From a virus (lineage: Duplodnaviria > Caudoviricetes): a stretch of 61,233 nt of DNA. The notes beneath the pieces are model-generated. The model did no database searches and was not told the origin of the DNA. It worked only from the letters and a program-made list of their open reading frames with translations. A program made the translations under genes and the position numbers. Shown here one piece after another: positions 48,835 to 57,512 of the stretch. Numbering within the stretch: the first letter of the stretch is position 1; each line of letters begins with the position of its first letter. Location of the stretch: the IMG/VR virus record IMGVR_UViG_3300047550_005071, positions 1 to 61,233 of that record; one strand, written 5' to 3'.

Positions 48835-48863
48835 TTGATAAATACCTTATTAATAATTATATT
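48835..48863 (+). promoter_or_regulatory. sigma70-like promoter for the SET/SNF2 operon, overlapping a divergent TATTTAT motif
   Basis: TTGATA-N17-TATATT, 9 nt before ATG 48873. Confidence 0.55.
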
Positions 48864-48872
48864 TTATTCTAT

Positions 48873-49268
48873 ATGGAAACAAAAAAACAACAAAAGATAG
48901 AATTCAAAGAAAGCCCAATCCACGGACTTGGTGTATTTGCAACTACAGACATAGAAAAAAATGAAGTCATTGAAGTGTGTCCCATATTATTTTTACCTGC
49001 AAAAAGAGGAGATACCAACTATACTTTAGTTGATTACGCATTTGAGTGGCCAAGGTCTGAACATTGGACAAACTTTGTTATTGCTTTAGGGTACGGCTCA
49101 TTGTATAACCACTCCAACAACCCGAACGCAAATTGGACAAATGACGTTGAAAATAACACATTCATATTTTTTTCGACCCGAGAAATTAAAAAAGGGGAAG
49201 AAATATTCATCTGCTACGGTGACGACAGTTATTGGGCGGACGGAAGAACCCATGTTGAGGTAAAATGA
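48873..49268 (+). CDS. SET-domain protein-lysine methyltransferase
   Basis: SPIHGLGVFATTDI, GSLYNHSNNPNA, REIKKGEEIFICYG; likely start METKK at 48873. Confidence 0.9.
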   Translation: METKKQQKIEFKESPIHGLGVFATTDIEKNEVIEVCPILFLPAKRGDTNYTLVDYAFEWPRSEHWTNFVIALGYGSLYNHSNNPNANWTNDVENNTFIFFSTREIKKGEEIFICYGDDSYWADGRTHVEVK

Positions 49269-51025
49269 GTTTAACTGAAATATCATTAGAATCAAAAGCA
49301 CTATCGATACTCGAACAATATGAAGGTGCGAACAATTATATATTGGAGTTAAAAAGAAAATCTCTAATAAATAAAAAATTCTATCCAACAAGAAGTCAGT
49401 CAGAATATATAATTAATAACCACGACAAACAACCAAAGGTAGCAAAGAAGTGGGTAATCCTTGATGCTTATTTTGCACAAAAATTGGCTGACGACAAACT
49501 TTACACTAACGTTCCTGAAAAAGTTTGGGTAGAAAAACTTTTAGCTGAAAAAGACAAAGCTTATCACATTTGGGGGAAAGTTTGGGAGACAGAACAATTT
49601 TACGATTTTTGGTTACCAAAAGCATCGATTATAAAAGACAACACGGTTAAAGACGTTGTTATCGATTTCACCAAATACACAAAAAGACCTCCGCTATCAC
49701 ATCAAAAAGAAGCAATACAGAAGTTAGTTGAAAACAAAAAGTATATTCTTGCAGATGATATGGGATTGGGTAAGACAACATCTACAATCATAGCCGCATT
49801 AGAAACGGGGGCAAAAAAGGTTTTGATAATTTGTCCAGCGACTTTAAAAATAAACTGGAAAAGAGAAATTGAAAACTACTCCCAAAAATCAATATACATC
49901 GCAGAAGGAAAACATTTTAGTACTGAACACGACTTTGTAATAATAAACTACGACATATTAAAAAACTTCCATGACTCCAAGAAGAAAGATGACTCTCAAA
50001 TTCTTGCTGCCAATTTTGATTTGGTGGTCGTTGATGAGGCACACTATATCAAAAATGCTCAAGCGCAAAGAACTAAGTTAATTAACGATATTGTAAAAAA
50101 GGTTGATAGACTTTGGTTATTAACAGGCACTCCAATGACCTCAAGACCAATAGACTACTATAATCTATTAAGTTTAGTTGACTCCCCTGTTGCCAAAAAT
50201 TGGATGGCGTATGTTATCAGATATTGTAGTGGATACCAATTTAAGGTGGGTGCTCGTAAAGTTTGGAACGTAATGGGTTCTTCGAACTTGGAAGAGTTAA
50301 GAGAAAGAACATCTAACACAATTACAAGAAGACTAAAAGAAGATGTTTTAGATTTACCCGATAAGATTATAACACCAGTTTATTTGAGACTCAAATCAAA
50401 AGACTATGAAGAGTTGATGGGAGAATATTATAATTGGTATGAGAAAAACCCCGACGAGTCAAAATCCCTAACAGTTCAGTTTACCAAGTTAACAAAAGTA
50501 AGACAAGTAATAGCCAACGAGAAAATTTCTCAAACAATTGAATTAGCCGAAAACATTTTAGAGCAAGGTAAAAAAGTTATCATTTTTTGTAATTTTACTG
50601 ATTCATTAAATCAGATAGTGGAACACTTTGGGAAATCTGCGGTAAAGGTTGACGGGTCAATGACCAAACAAGACAGACAATTCAGCGTTGACCAATTCCA
50701 AGAAAACGAAAAAATCAAAGTTTTTGTCGGTAACATAAAAGCGGCTGGTGTAGGTTTGACTTTAACCGCAGCTGAAGCTGTTATTATGAACGACTTATCA
50801 TTTTTACCATCGGACCATTCACAAGCAGAAGACAGAGCATATAGGTTTGGTCAAAAAAATAATGTACTTGTTTATTACCCAATTTTTGAAAACACTATAG
50901 AAGCTGTTATATATGATATACTTAATAGTAAGAAACAAGTAATTGCAACCGTAATGGGAGACAACCTCGGCGGAGGGGATGTTGCAGAAGAAATTCTGAA
51001 AAGAATCAATGAACTTAGACCATAA
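49265..51025 (+). CDS. SNF2-family helicase/ATPase (SMARCAL1/HARP-like)
   Basis: LADDMGLGKT, DEAH, LLTGTP, GVGLTL, QAEDRAYRFGQ. Confidence 0.92.
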   Translation: MSLTEISLESKALSILEQYEGANNYILELKRKSLINKKFYPTRSQSEYIINNHDKQPKVAKKWVILDAYFAQKLADDKLYTNVPEKVWVEKLLAEKDKAYHIWGKVWETEQFYDFWLPKASIIKDNTVKDVVIDFTKYTKRPPLSHQKEAIQKLVENKKYILADDMGLGKTTSTIIAALETGAKKVLIICPATLKINWKREIENYSQKSIYIAEGKHFSTEHDFVIINYDILKNFHDSKKKDDSQILAANFDLVVVDEAHYIKNAQAQRTKLINDIVKKVDRLWLLTGTPMTSRPIDYYNLLSLVDSPVAKNWMAYVIRYCSGYQFKVGARKVWNVMGSSNLEELRERTSNTITRRLKEDVLDLPDKIITPVYLRLKSKDYEELMGEYYNWYEKNPDESKSLTVQFTKLTKVRQVIANEKISQTIELAENILEQGKKVIIFCNFTDSLNQIVEHFGKSAVKVDGSMTKQDRQFSVDQFQENEKIKVFVGNIKAAGVGLTLTAAEAVIMNDLSFLPSDHSQAEDRAYRFGQKNNVLVYYPIFENTIEAVIYDILNSKKQVIATVMGDNLGGGDVAEEILKRINELRP

Positions 51026-51033
51026 AATTTTTA

Positions 51034-51249
51034 ATGGATAGAATAATCAATCACCATAATGTTGAGTTGAAAATTGGTGATGAGATAAAAATTATTTCAG
51101 ACAGAATATCAAACAAATTATTAGCAAACGTATCCGAAGGGGATATAATTACAATCACAAGTTTTTCAGAAGACGGAAAAATAATATATCATCACAGCAC
51201 ATTAGCACTACCAACTTTTAGTGATGTCTATGAAAAAATCCAAAATTGA
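51034..51249 (+). CDS. Small hypothetical protein (SH3/KOW-like pattern)
   Basis: LKIGDEIKII...EGDIITI; fills the gap in the plus-strand operon. Confidence 0.6.
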   Translation: MDRIINHHNVELKIGDEIKIISDRISNKLLANVSEGDIITITSFSEDGKIIYHHSTLALPTFSDVYEKIQN

Positions 51250-51272
51250 GAAACATTAAAACACTTACGAGT

Positions 51273-51279
51273 TATTTAT
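51273..51279 (+). promoter_or_regulatory. TATTTAT motif upstream of the SOD fusion gene
   Basis: Plus-strand copy 22 nt before ATG 51302; shows the motif follows gene orientation. Confidence 0.6.
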
Positions 51280-51301
51280 ATAAAACAAATAACTCCAATA
51301 C

Positions 51302-52840
51302 ATGAAGAAAATTGAAGAAAGGATTCAACAAATTGAAAAACAAATTACCGAAAACCATATCGAAACAGAAAAACAATTGTTGATTACCGAAATGAAAAAA
51401 ATTGGAATAGAAAAATTACCATATTCCTATTCAGCCCTCAAAGGATTTATCGATGCAGAAACGATGAATTTCCACTACAACAAACACTATAAGGGATATG
51501 TAGATAAATTAAATGCGGCACTCTCAAAGAAAAAACACGGAGACTTAGACTTAGAAAAAATTGTTAAAAACATTAGTCGATACGACCAAGTAGTTAGAAA
51601 CAACGCAGGAGGAGCTTTCAATCACGCACTTTTTTGGAACATGTTAACCCCAACACCAAAAAAATTAACAGGGGAACTCTACAACAAAATAACCAAACAA
51701 TACGGAACGTTTAATAGTTTCAAGAAAAAATTTGAAACAATCGCCAAAGAAAGATTCGGTTCGGGTTGGGTGTGGTTAGTTTTAACATCTAAGAACACGT
51801 TAAAAATTATGTCTACTCCAAACCAAGACAATCCACTGATGAATATAATTGAAGGTGGAGGTTTTCCGCTTTTAGGTTTGGATTTGTGGGAACACGCATA
51901 TTATTTAAAATACAGAAACAAAAGGGACGAATATATTGCAAATTTTTGGAAAGTAGTTAATTGGGATTTTGTACAAAAATTGTATGAAATGAAAACCGAA
52001 ACCAAACTATTGGAATCTGAAAATTTTCAAAAATTGTTGGTTGAATCAAAAGAACCTCAATTTTGTAATCCAAAAGAGGTATTATATTATAGGGATTTAA
52101 TTAACAATTCAAAAATCAAAAAGATTTATCAAGACGGTGTAACCTACGTTCTCAAAAAGAAATTTAATCAATGGTGGGTTGAAGGTACAACAGATGAAAT
52201 GTCTGGTTTCTACGGTGTAGAATCACCTGAAGGCAGGTCAATTCTGAACAATTTGAATACCAACTTTAACGCATTTTGTTTGTTAGTTAAGGCAGTTAAT
52301 AAACAAATTGAAAATATTGGTAAACCTGAAAAGATGTTTCATTTTTGGAAACAAGAAAAAAGAAATCCAAAAGAAACAGCTAGATTTATAGTAGCGTTAG
52401 ACCACTTCAAAGATGAAATATTCACTAAAAATAATGAAGACTTTATAAACATCATCAAGGTATTAAAAAAACTTTGGGACAGAGGTCAAAAATCTGAAAA
52501 CAACGCTAATAAAAAAATTGAGGATTACTTTGAAGGTCGTGCGAAAGTCGAAAAAGTTGGGTCGCATGGCGCAAAAATGGACGCTTTCAAAGGAATTGAT
52601 TTGAAAATCAATTTGGAAGGGACTGAATATTCTGCTCAAGTTAAGCCATTTTCAAATGTTGTTGTCGTTGACGATAAGATAAAATTGATGGACACAGGGA
52701 ATGTAAAACATTATGATGTGGATTGGTTGATTTTTTCTAACCCAAAATCAAACAAAATACTTATATTCAAAAATGACCCAATCAGTGATAAAGACCAGTA
52801 CGTTTTCAATATTGATTCGTTATTACACGAAATAGAATAA
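51302..52840 (+). CDS. sodA: Fe/Mn superoxide dismutase (Mn-type signature) fused to a C-terminal PD-(D/E)xK-like domain
   Basis: LPYSYSAL, FHYNKHYKGY, NNAGGAFNHALFW, FGSGWVWL, TPNQD, DLWEHAYY; C-terminal G.KSE...GIDL...AQVK. Confidence 0.85.
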   Translation: MKKIEERIQQIEKQITENHIETEKQLLITEMKKIGIEKLPYSYSALKGFIDAETMNFHYNKHYKGYVDKLNAALSKKKHGDLDLEKIVKNISRYDQVVRNNAGGAFNHALFWNMLTPTPKKLTGELYNKITKQYGTFNSFKKKFETIAKERFGSGWVWLVLTSKNTLKIMSTPNQDNPLMNIIEGGGFPLLGLDLWEHAYYLKYRNKRDEYIANFWKVVNWDFVQKLYEMKTETKLLESENFQKLLVESKEPQFCNPKEVLYYRDLINNSKIKKIYQDGVTYVLKKKFNQWWVEGTTDEMSGFYGVESPEGRSILNNLNTNFNAFCLLVKAVNKQIENIGKPEKMFHFWKQEKRNPKETARFIVALDHFKDEIFTKNNEDFINIIKVLKKLWDRGQKSENNANKKIEDYFEGRAKVEKVGSHGAKMDAFKGIDLKINLEGTEYSAQVKPFSNVVVVDDKIKLMDTGNVKHYDVDWLIFSNPKSNKILIFKNDPISDKDQYVFNIDSLLHEIE

Positions 52841-52846
52841 ATTGAA

Positions 52847-52853
52847 TATTTAT
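52847..52853 (+). promoter_or_regulatory. TATTTAT motif upstream of the gp13 neck gene
   Basis: 6 nt before ATG 52860. Confidence 0.6.
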
Positions 52854-52859
52854 TAAGAT

Positions 52860-53987
52860 ATGGCAGCATTACCAGAACCAGAAAGAAGTAGGATATACAC
52901 GAGAATCAAACATCTCTTGGGGGCTCCACTTAGAAGTGTAGAGCTTGAGGATGAAATGATGGACTCACTTATGGAATTGTCCATTGGAGATTATGAAGAA
53001 TACGTTCTTCAATGGTTGATTGATTCTCAGTGGGTTAACCTTGTAAATTTGAACATGAACGAAAAATCTGTTGCTCGTGCATTGGTTACAAGAACGATGG
53101 ATTTTGAACAACAATTTTCATACGCATATTCTAAAATTGTTGGTTTACAAACCGTAGGACCATGGGTTTTGAAGAAGGATTATTTCATATTGGAGAAAAA
53201 CAAACAAGATTATGAAATCCCAGCTGGTCGTGAAGTTAATGAACTTTTATGGTTTAGTAACCAACCTTGGACCGCATTTGGATTAGGTGGGGTTGGCGGA
53301 TTTGGATTTGGCGGTATTGGTTTGGGAGCAAATGAAGCAGGATACGCTCAAATGGGATACCAAGGCTCTTATTTTATGATGTCTGGTTTCGATTATCTTA
53401 TTAGAATGCAAGAAGCCAATATTCTGAATAGAATCTTAGGTGGTTCACTTACTTATAGAATTACAGGTTTACCTGATGGTAAAAAATTAATTCACCTGTA
53501 CAATACTCCAGGAGGCAGATTCAATTGGAGTAACTACAGCCTTTATGTTGGTAAAGCGGTATGGTATTGGTATTACGATGTGGAACCTGATAGTAGAGCC
53601 GATTGTTTGAAAAACAATCCCGATATTATAAAATTACCAACTGATGTACCTATAGAAAGTTTAAGTTGGGAAGATTTGAATGTTCCTGGACAACAATGGG
53701 TAAGAAGATGGTTCACTGCTTATTGTAAAGAAACATTAGCAAGAGTCAGAGGTAAGTATAGTGGTAATTTGAAAACTCCTGATTCTGAAATTACAATGGA
53801 CTATCAAAGTCTTTTGACTGAAGCTAAAGATGAAAAAACAAAATTGTTAGAAGAATTAGTTGGTGAAAACGGATGGTTATCAAGATTGAGACCTGAAAAG
53901 GTGATGGAAAGGGAAGCCTTGATTGCTGAAAACTTGAATAAACAAATGAAATTCAGAGCAATGCCTCGTCAAATTTATGTAATCTAA
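52860..53987 (+). CDS. gp13: Neck protein (T4 gp13-like head-tail adaptor)
   Basis: RIKHLLGAPLRSVEL N-terminus; WVRRWFTAYCKETLARVRGKYSG...EAKDEK..LLEEL. Confidence 0.8.
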   Translation: MAALPEPERSRIYTRIKHLLGAPLRSVELEDEMMDSLMELSIGDYEEYVLQWLIDSQWVNLVNLNMNEKSVARALVTRTMDFEQQFSYAYSKIVGLQTVGPWVLKKDYFILEKNKQDYEIPAGREVNELLWFSNQPWTAFGLGGVGGFGFGGIGLGANEAGYAQMGYQGSYFMMSGFDYLIRMQEANILNRILGGSLTYRITGLPDGKKLIHLYNTPGGRFNWSNYSLYVGKAVWYWYYDVEPDSRADCLKNNPDIIKLPTDVPIESLSWEDLNVPGQQWVRRWFTAYCKETLARVRGKYSGNLKTPDSEITMDYQSLLTEAKDEKTKLLEELVGENGWLSRLRPEKVMEREALIAENLNKQMKFRAMPRQIYVI

Positions 53988-53988
53988 T

Positions 53989-54324
53989 ATGGCAATTATA
54001 AAATCTATACCATCAAAAAAGGTCATCAGTGGACACGTAATACAAACTTCAGAATTATCGGTTGTTTCTGAATTAGATTACCGTACCAATGGTGAATTTT
54101 GTATTATTGTAAAAGGGATTCCCGAGTCTTATCTAGTTTTAGATTCAAGAACCACCGACCATGTTGTTGTTAAAGCCTTAACCAAAGTCACTGTGAGACC
54201 AGATAATGGTAGAATTGATGAAGAATGGGACGAAATTGTTTTAGACAAATTTGCATGTGTTGAGTTCCAATACGTTAGCGGTAACTGGTATATACTTTCA
54301 TCAGACGGTCTCAAGCAATCCTAA
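53989..54324 (+). CDS. Small beta-rich protein resembling a tail-fibre/collar domain
   Basis: VVVK...V.P..GRID...IVL...VEFQY.SGNWYI pattern. Confidence 0.5.
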   Translation: MAIIKSIPSKKVISGHVIQTSELSVVSELDYRTNGEFCIIVKGIPESYLVLDSRTTDHVVVKALTKVTVRPDNGRIDEEWDEIVLDKFACVEFQYVSGNWYILSSDGLKQS

Positions 54325-57024
54325 TTTTTTCTCCCAACCTTGTTCGGCAAAGTCATAAATATAATCAGGCTTTACCCCTCTTTTTTCCCAATATTTCAAT
54401 TCAGCATCTGTAATTTGTAGTACATCTTCTTCCAATTTATCCTGGTCACCATCTTCAAAGGGCATTCCGTTGATTAATTCACATTGTTCAGATGTAAATA
54501 TTCCCCTATCAGCAGGGTCTGTAACTAATAATTGGTCTCTTACATCTTGTTTGAAACATACAAGAAGAGGTTCAATTCTTTTATTGAATGTAACAATTGC
54601 TCTTGGCACGTTATATTCACCAGTCATGTCTGGATTATTCTCCAATATATTTGCATCCAACATATAGCAATTTATTTGTACACCGTCACCTTTTTTCTGA
54701 ACATCCCCGTGTGACGCTTTTATACCATTATTTACGTACATGATAACATCTCCCAAATTAACACCGATGCCAGCCTGTAGCGCTAACTCCATATGAGCCA
54801 TACGAGACATTTGATTACCCGCTTTTGTTTTTTGAGTAAGCCTTTTTACGTAATCATCCATGGTCAACTTTACCTTTGCTCTTTGTGCAATTTTAGATAA
54901 AGCAATTTTTTGGTCAAAAATCTTTTGAACATATTCATAATAATATTCAATGAATTCTTTACCCTGACCATTCAATAACAATTTTACTCCCTTATCCAAA
55001 AATTCTTCAATATATAATGGAAGTTTTTTTGACTTGATGGAATTGCCAGTCAACTTTATCTTTCCTTTGGCATCCATCACTGCGTAATTTTTTCTGGCAA
55101 GGTTGATACATGAAGGCCAAACACCATCTGTGTCCAAAGCCATCTCTCCTCTCATGAATATATCATTATACTCGGCCACATCGGCTTCAGGTCCTTTGTA
55201 AACTTTACCCGCTTTTACTTTCCAATTCAAACCACGACCAACATAATAATGACTTTCCGCGTCATCGGGACTTGAAAAGTTTACACCATCCGTATCCATT
55301 ACAAGTGGAACGTAACCCTTGGACATGAAAAACTTAATCATCTGACGGAGATATTGTCTTCCCGTACAAGTAATCTGTTCTCCCATGTACATATCCCCCC
55401 ACGCAAATACTTGAGGTGCCGATAAGGCACCAAACATTGAGTTGATGAATATCTTGATTGGTAATTGTTTGTTAGAGTATGAAGCAGATTTTTGAGGGTC
55501 TGACTTTTCAAATTCTTCCGCAAGTTGTTTGTATCTAATACGAGTATCACGGAAATACTTTAACATACCTTTCATTGCACCAGTAACATCACAATCAGGG
55601 AAAACATCATGTACAAGTTGAATAGAGGGGTATAGAGACGAGAAGTCAAGCTTGAGTACGTTCTTACTATAACCAACCTTAAGTAGTCGAGAAAGACCTC
55701 CTACGAAGTCTGTCTTTGATTGTTTTGCAGGTATCGCGAGATTGTGTTTGTAGGACCACGCAAGCATAAGCATTTTCCAAAGTGTTGCTGTACCCATAGT
55801 TGATACCCTTTCATAAGTTGTTGGAATCATTGAAGCCAACAAGAAAGAAGCTTGGTTAAATTCTTTATCAACGGCCAAAGTTTCTTCTAAGTCATCGTCA
55901 AGGTACCTTTCAACTAAATTGTCCCCCGTAGTTTTGATATATACACCAGGAAATTTTAAATCCAAATTTTGGTACTCAGATGCTTTTTTGTATTTACCGT
56001 TCTGTGTATTCAACCAATACTCATCCTTAGCCGCATATAATTTACCAATATCCGTATGTTCAATGTAAACACGGTCAGGTGCCTCTTTACCAATATATTT
56101 TGTAATATACTTAAGACCCGCCGCTTTGATGTTTGAATTAATTGCCTGTGCTCTACGGACGGCATGGATGATATCAATAACATTGTATCCCCAAATTGAT
56201 GTTTGAAGAAAATCCTCAACTTCATTAGCTAGTTTTAATATCGTATCTTTTCTCGTGTATGAATGTTGGGGGTGAAGGGACTTTACCGCTTTACGCATAT
56301 CAATCCCAAGCCTTTGTGCTCTCTCAAACAACCAATGCCAATCAAAGTTTGCCGAATTATACCCTCCTATTATTGATGGTTTTAATTGGTCGATTACATT
56401 GAAAAACTCTAGTATGGCACCTTTTTCTTGGTCTTCGTCTAAACATTCAATCACCCTATGATATCCTTTATTGGTTTTGATTCCAATCATGAATATTCTA
56501 CCGTCTTTGGGGTCAAGAGCATTTGTTTCCAAGTCAAATACAAGACGAGTCACGTCGTCATAATCAGTGAAACCTTTGAATAACCTTTTTTCTTTGGAAA
56601 CCAAATATTGTTCGACGGGAGGTAGAATTTGGATTTTATCTTTAGCTTTATCTCCCCAAGGGTCGCACCCACCATCTCTAAAAAATTGGATGAGCTCACG
56701 ATATCCTTTCAAAGACTTGACTATATAAGTCAGTCCATTTTTTAATCTTTCATTATCCATAGTCTCCAACTTTTCGATAACAATTCCATATTTGTTCATG
56801 GCTTCTTTTTGAGCCATCTTGGAATCATTATAAAAGTTTAGACCTCTTAAGTCACCAACCCATGCAAATGGTATGAATGTGTCTTTTCGGATTTCTTTTC
56901 CTTTACCAGGAATTTCTTTGATTTTGAAAATTGAGTTCGATACGTAGTCGAACTCGATTGCAACTATAAATTCTTCGGGGTCGTTTCCAAGTAGGAACGA
57001 CTCAATTTCATCGTAACTGTACAT
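54301..57024 (-). CDS. polB: Family B DNA polymerase with 3'-5' exonuclease
   Basis: ExoI FDLET, ExoII YNSANFDW, motif A LDFSSLYPSI, motif B KIFINSMFG, motif C MDTDG. Confidence 0.95.
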   Translation of the reverse strand: MYSYDEIESFLLGNDPEEFIVAIEFDYVSNSIFKIKEIPGKGKEIRKDTFIPFAWVGDLRGLNFYNDSKMAQKEAMNKYGIVIEKLETMDNERLKNGLTYIVKSLKGYRELIQFFRDGGCDPWGDKAKDKIQILPPVEQYLVSKEKRLFKGFTDYDDVTRLVFDLETNALDPKDGRIFMIGIKTNKGYHRVIECLDEDQEKGAILEFFNVIDQLKPSIIGGYNSANFDWHWLFERAQRLGIDMRKAVKSLHPQHSYTRKDTILKLANEVEDFLQTSIWGYNVIDIIHAVRRAQAINSNIKAAGLKYITKYIGKEAPDRVYIEHTDIGKLYAAKDEYWLNTQNGKYKKASEYQNLDLKFPGVYIKTTGDNLVERYLDDDLEETLAVDKEFNQASFLLASMIPTTYERVSTMGTATLWKMLMLAWSYKHNLAIPAKQSKTDFVGGLSRLLKVGYSKNVLKLDFSSLYPSIQLVHDVFPDCDVTGAMKGMLKYFRDTRIRYKQLAEEFEKSDPQKSASYSNKQLPIKIFINSMFGALSAPQVFAWGDMYMGEQITCTGRQYLRQMIKFFMSKGYVPLVMDTDGVNFSSPDDAESHYYVGRGLNWKVKAGKVYKGPEADVAEYNDIFMRGEMALDTDGVWPSCINLARKNYAVMDAKGKIKLTGNSIKSKKLPLYIEEFLDKGVKLLLNGQGKEFIEYYYEYVQKIFDQKIALSKIAQRAKVKLTMDDYVKRLTQKTKAGNQMSRMAHMELALQAGIGVNLGDVIMYVNNGIKASHGDVQKKGDGVQINCYMLDANILENNPDMTGEYNVPRAIVTFNKRIEPLLVCFKQDVRDQLLVTDPADRGIFTSEQCELINGMPFEDGDQDKLEEDVLQITDAELKYWEKRGVKPDYIYDFAEQGWEKKLGLLETV

Positions 57025-57029
57025 ATTTT

Positions 57030-57087
57030 TAGACGAGTGGTTTATTGGCTTTCACACTATCGTGAAGTTTACCTTCTCATTCATCTA
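57030..57087 (-). promoter_or_regulatory. Structured 5' leader of the DNA polymerase gene (nested hairpin)
   Basis: Outer stem UAGAUGAAUG/CACUCGUCUA and inner stem UUCAC/GUGAA, ending 5 nt before the ATG. Confidence 0.5.
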
Positions 57088-57118
57088 TAAATATAAAAAA
57101 AACTATTTGATGGTCAAA
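57088..57118 (-). promoter_or_regulatory. Candidate promoter for the DNA polymerase gene
   Basis: TTTG-N19-TATATTTA (Bacteroidota-like -33/-7 geometry; also TTGACC-N16-TATATT); overlaps a TATTTAT copy. Confidence 0.5.
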
Positions 57119-57496
57119 TTAACAACACGCAGTTTCAGAAATAAAACTGTCTTGAATATTGATATAAAGTTCTTCTCTGATAGGGAGAATTAAGTTCCCT
57201 TCGTCATTTTTGATTAAAAACTGGCCTTGATACCTCCCAACAGAATCGGTATCTCTCGAAGTAAATTTAAAATATATGTAATACTCTGCAGGTGCACCTG
57301 GGTCCAAAATCAAATTCACAATTTCACAAGGAGCCGAAACAATTTTAGGTATGCCTGTTTCGACCTCTACCATTGTAAAAAAAATGGTTGAAACTTCTAA
57401 GGCTTCCATAAATTGGATGTAACCTGCTCTACCATCTTTTACAACTTGCATTTTGAGAACAGGAAGAGTGGCGTTTTTTTTGATGTAAAATTCCAT
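57119..57496 (-). CDS. BppU N-terminal-like Ig-fold structural protein
   Basis: Likely start MEFYIKKNATLP at 57496; YFKFTSRDTDSVGRYQGQFLI...LILP. Confidence 0.55.
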   Translation of the reverse strand: MEFYIKKNATLPVLKMQVVKDGRAGYIQFMEALEVSTIFFTMVEVETGIPKIVSAPCEIVNLILDPGAPAEYYIYFKFTSRDTDSVGRYQGQFLIKNDEGNLILPIREELYINIQDSFISETACC

Positions 57497-57512
57497 AACA
57501 ATAAATATATTG

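Noticed and set aside
18482-57024. Inteins or introns in RNR, helicase, recombinase or polymerase
   Set aside because: Protein lengths are ordinary, catalytic motifs are contiguous, and no intein C-terminal HN-C/S/T junction or LAGLIDADG block was seen
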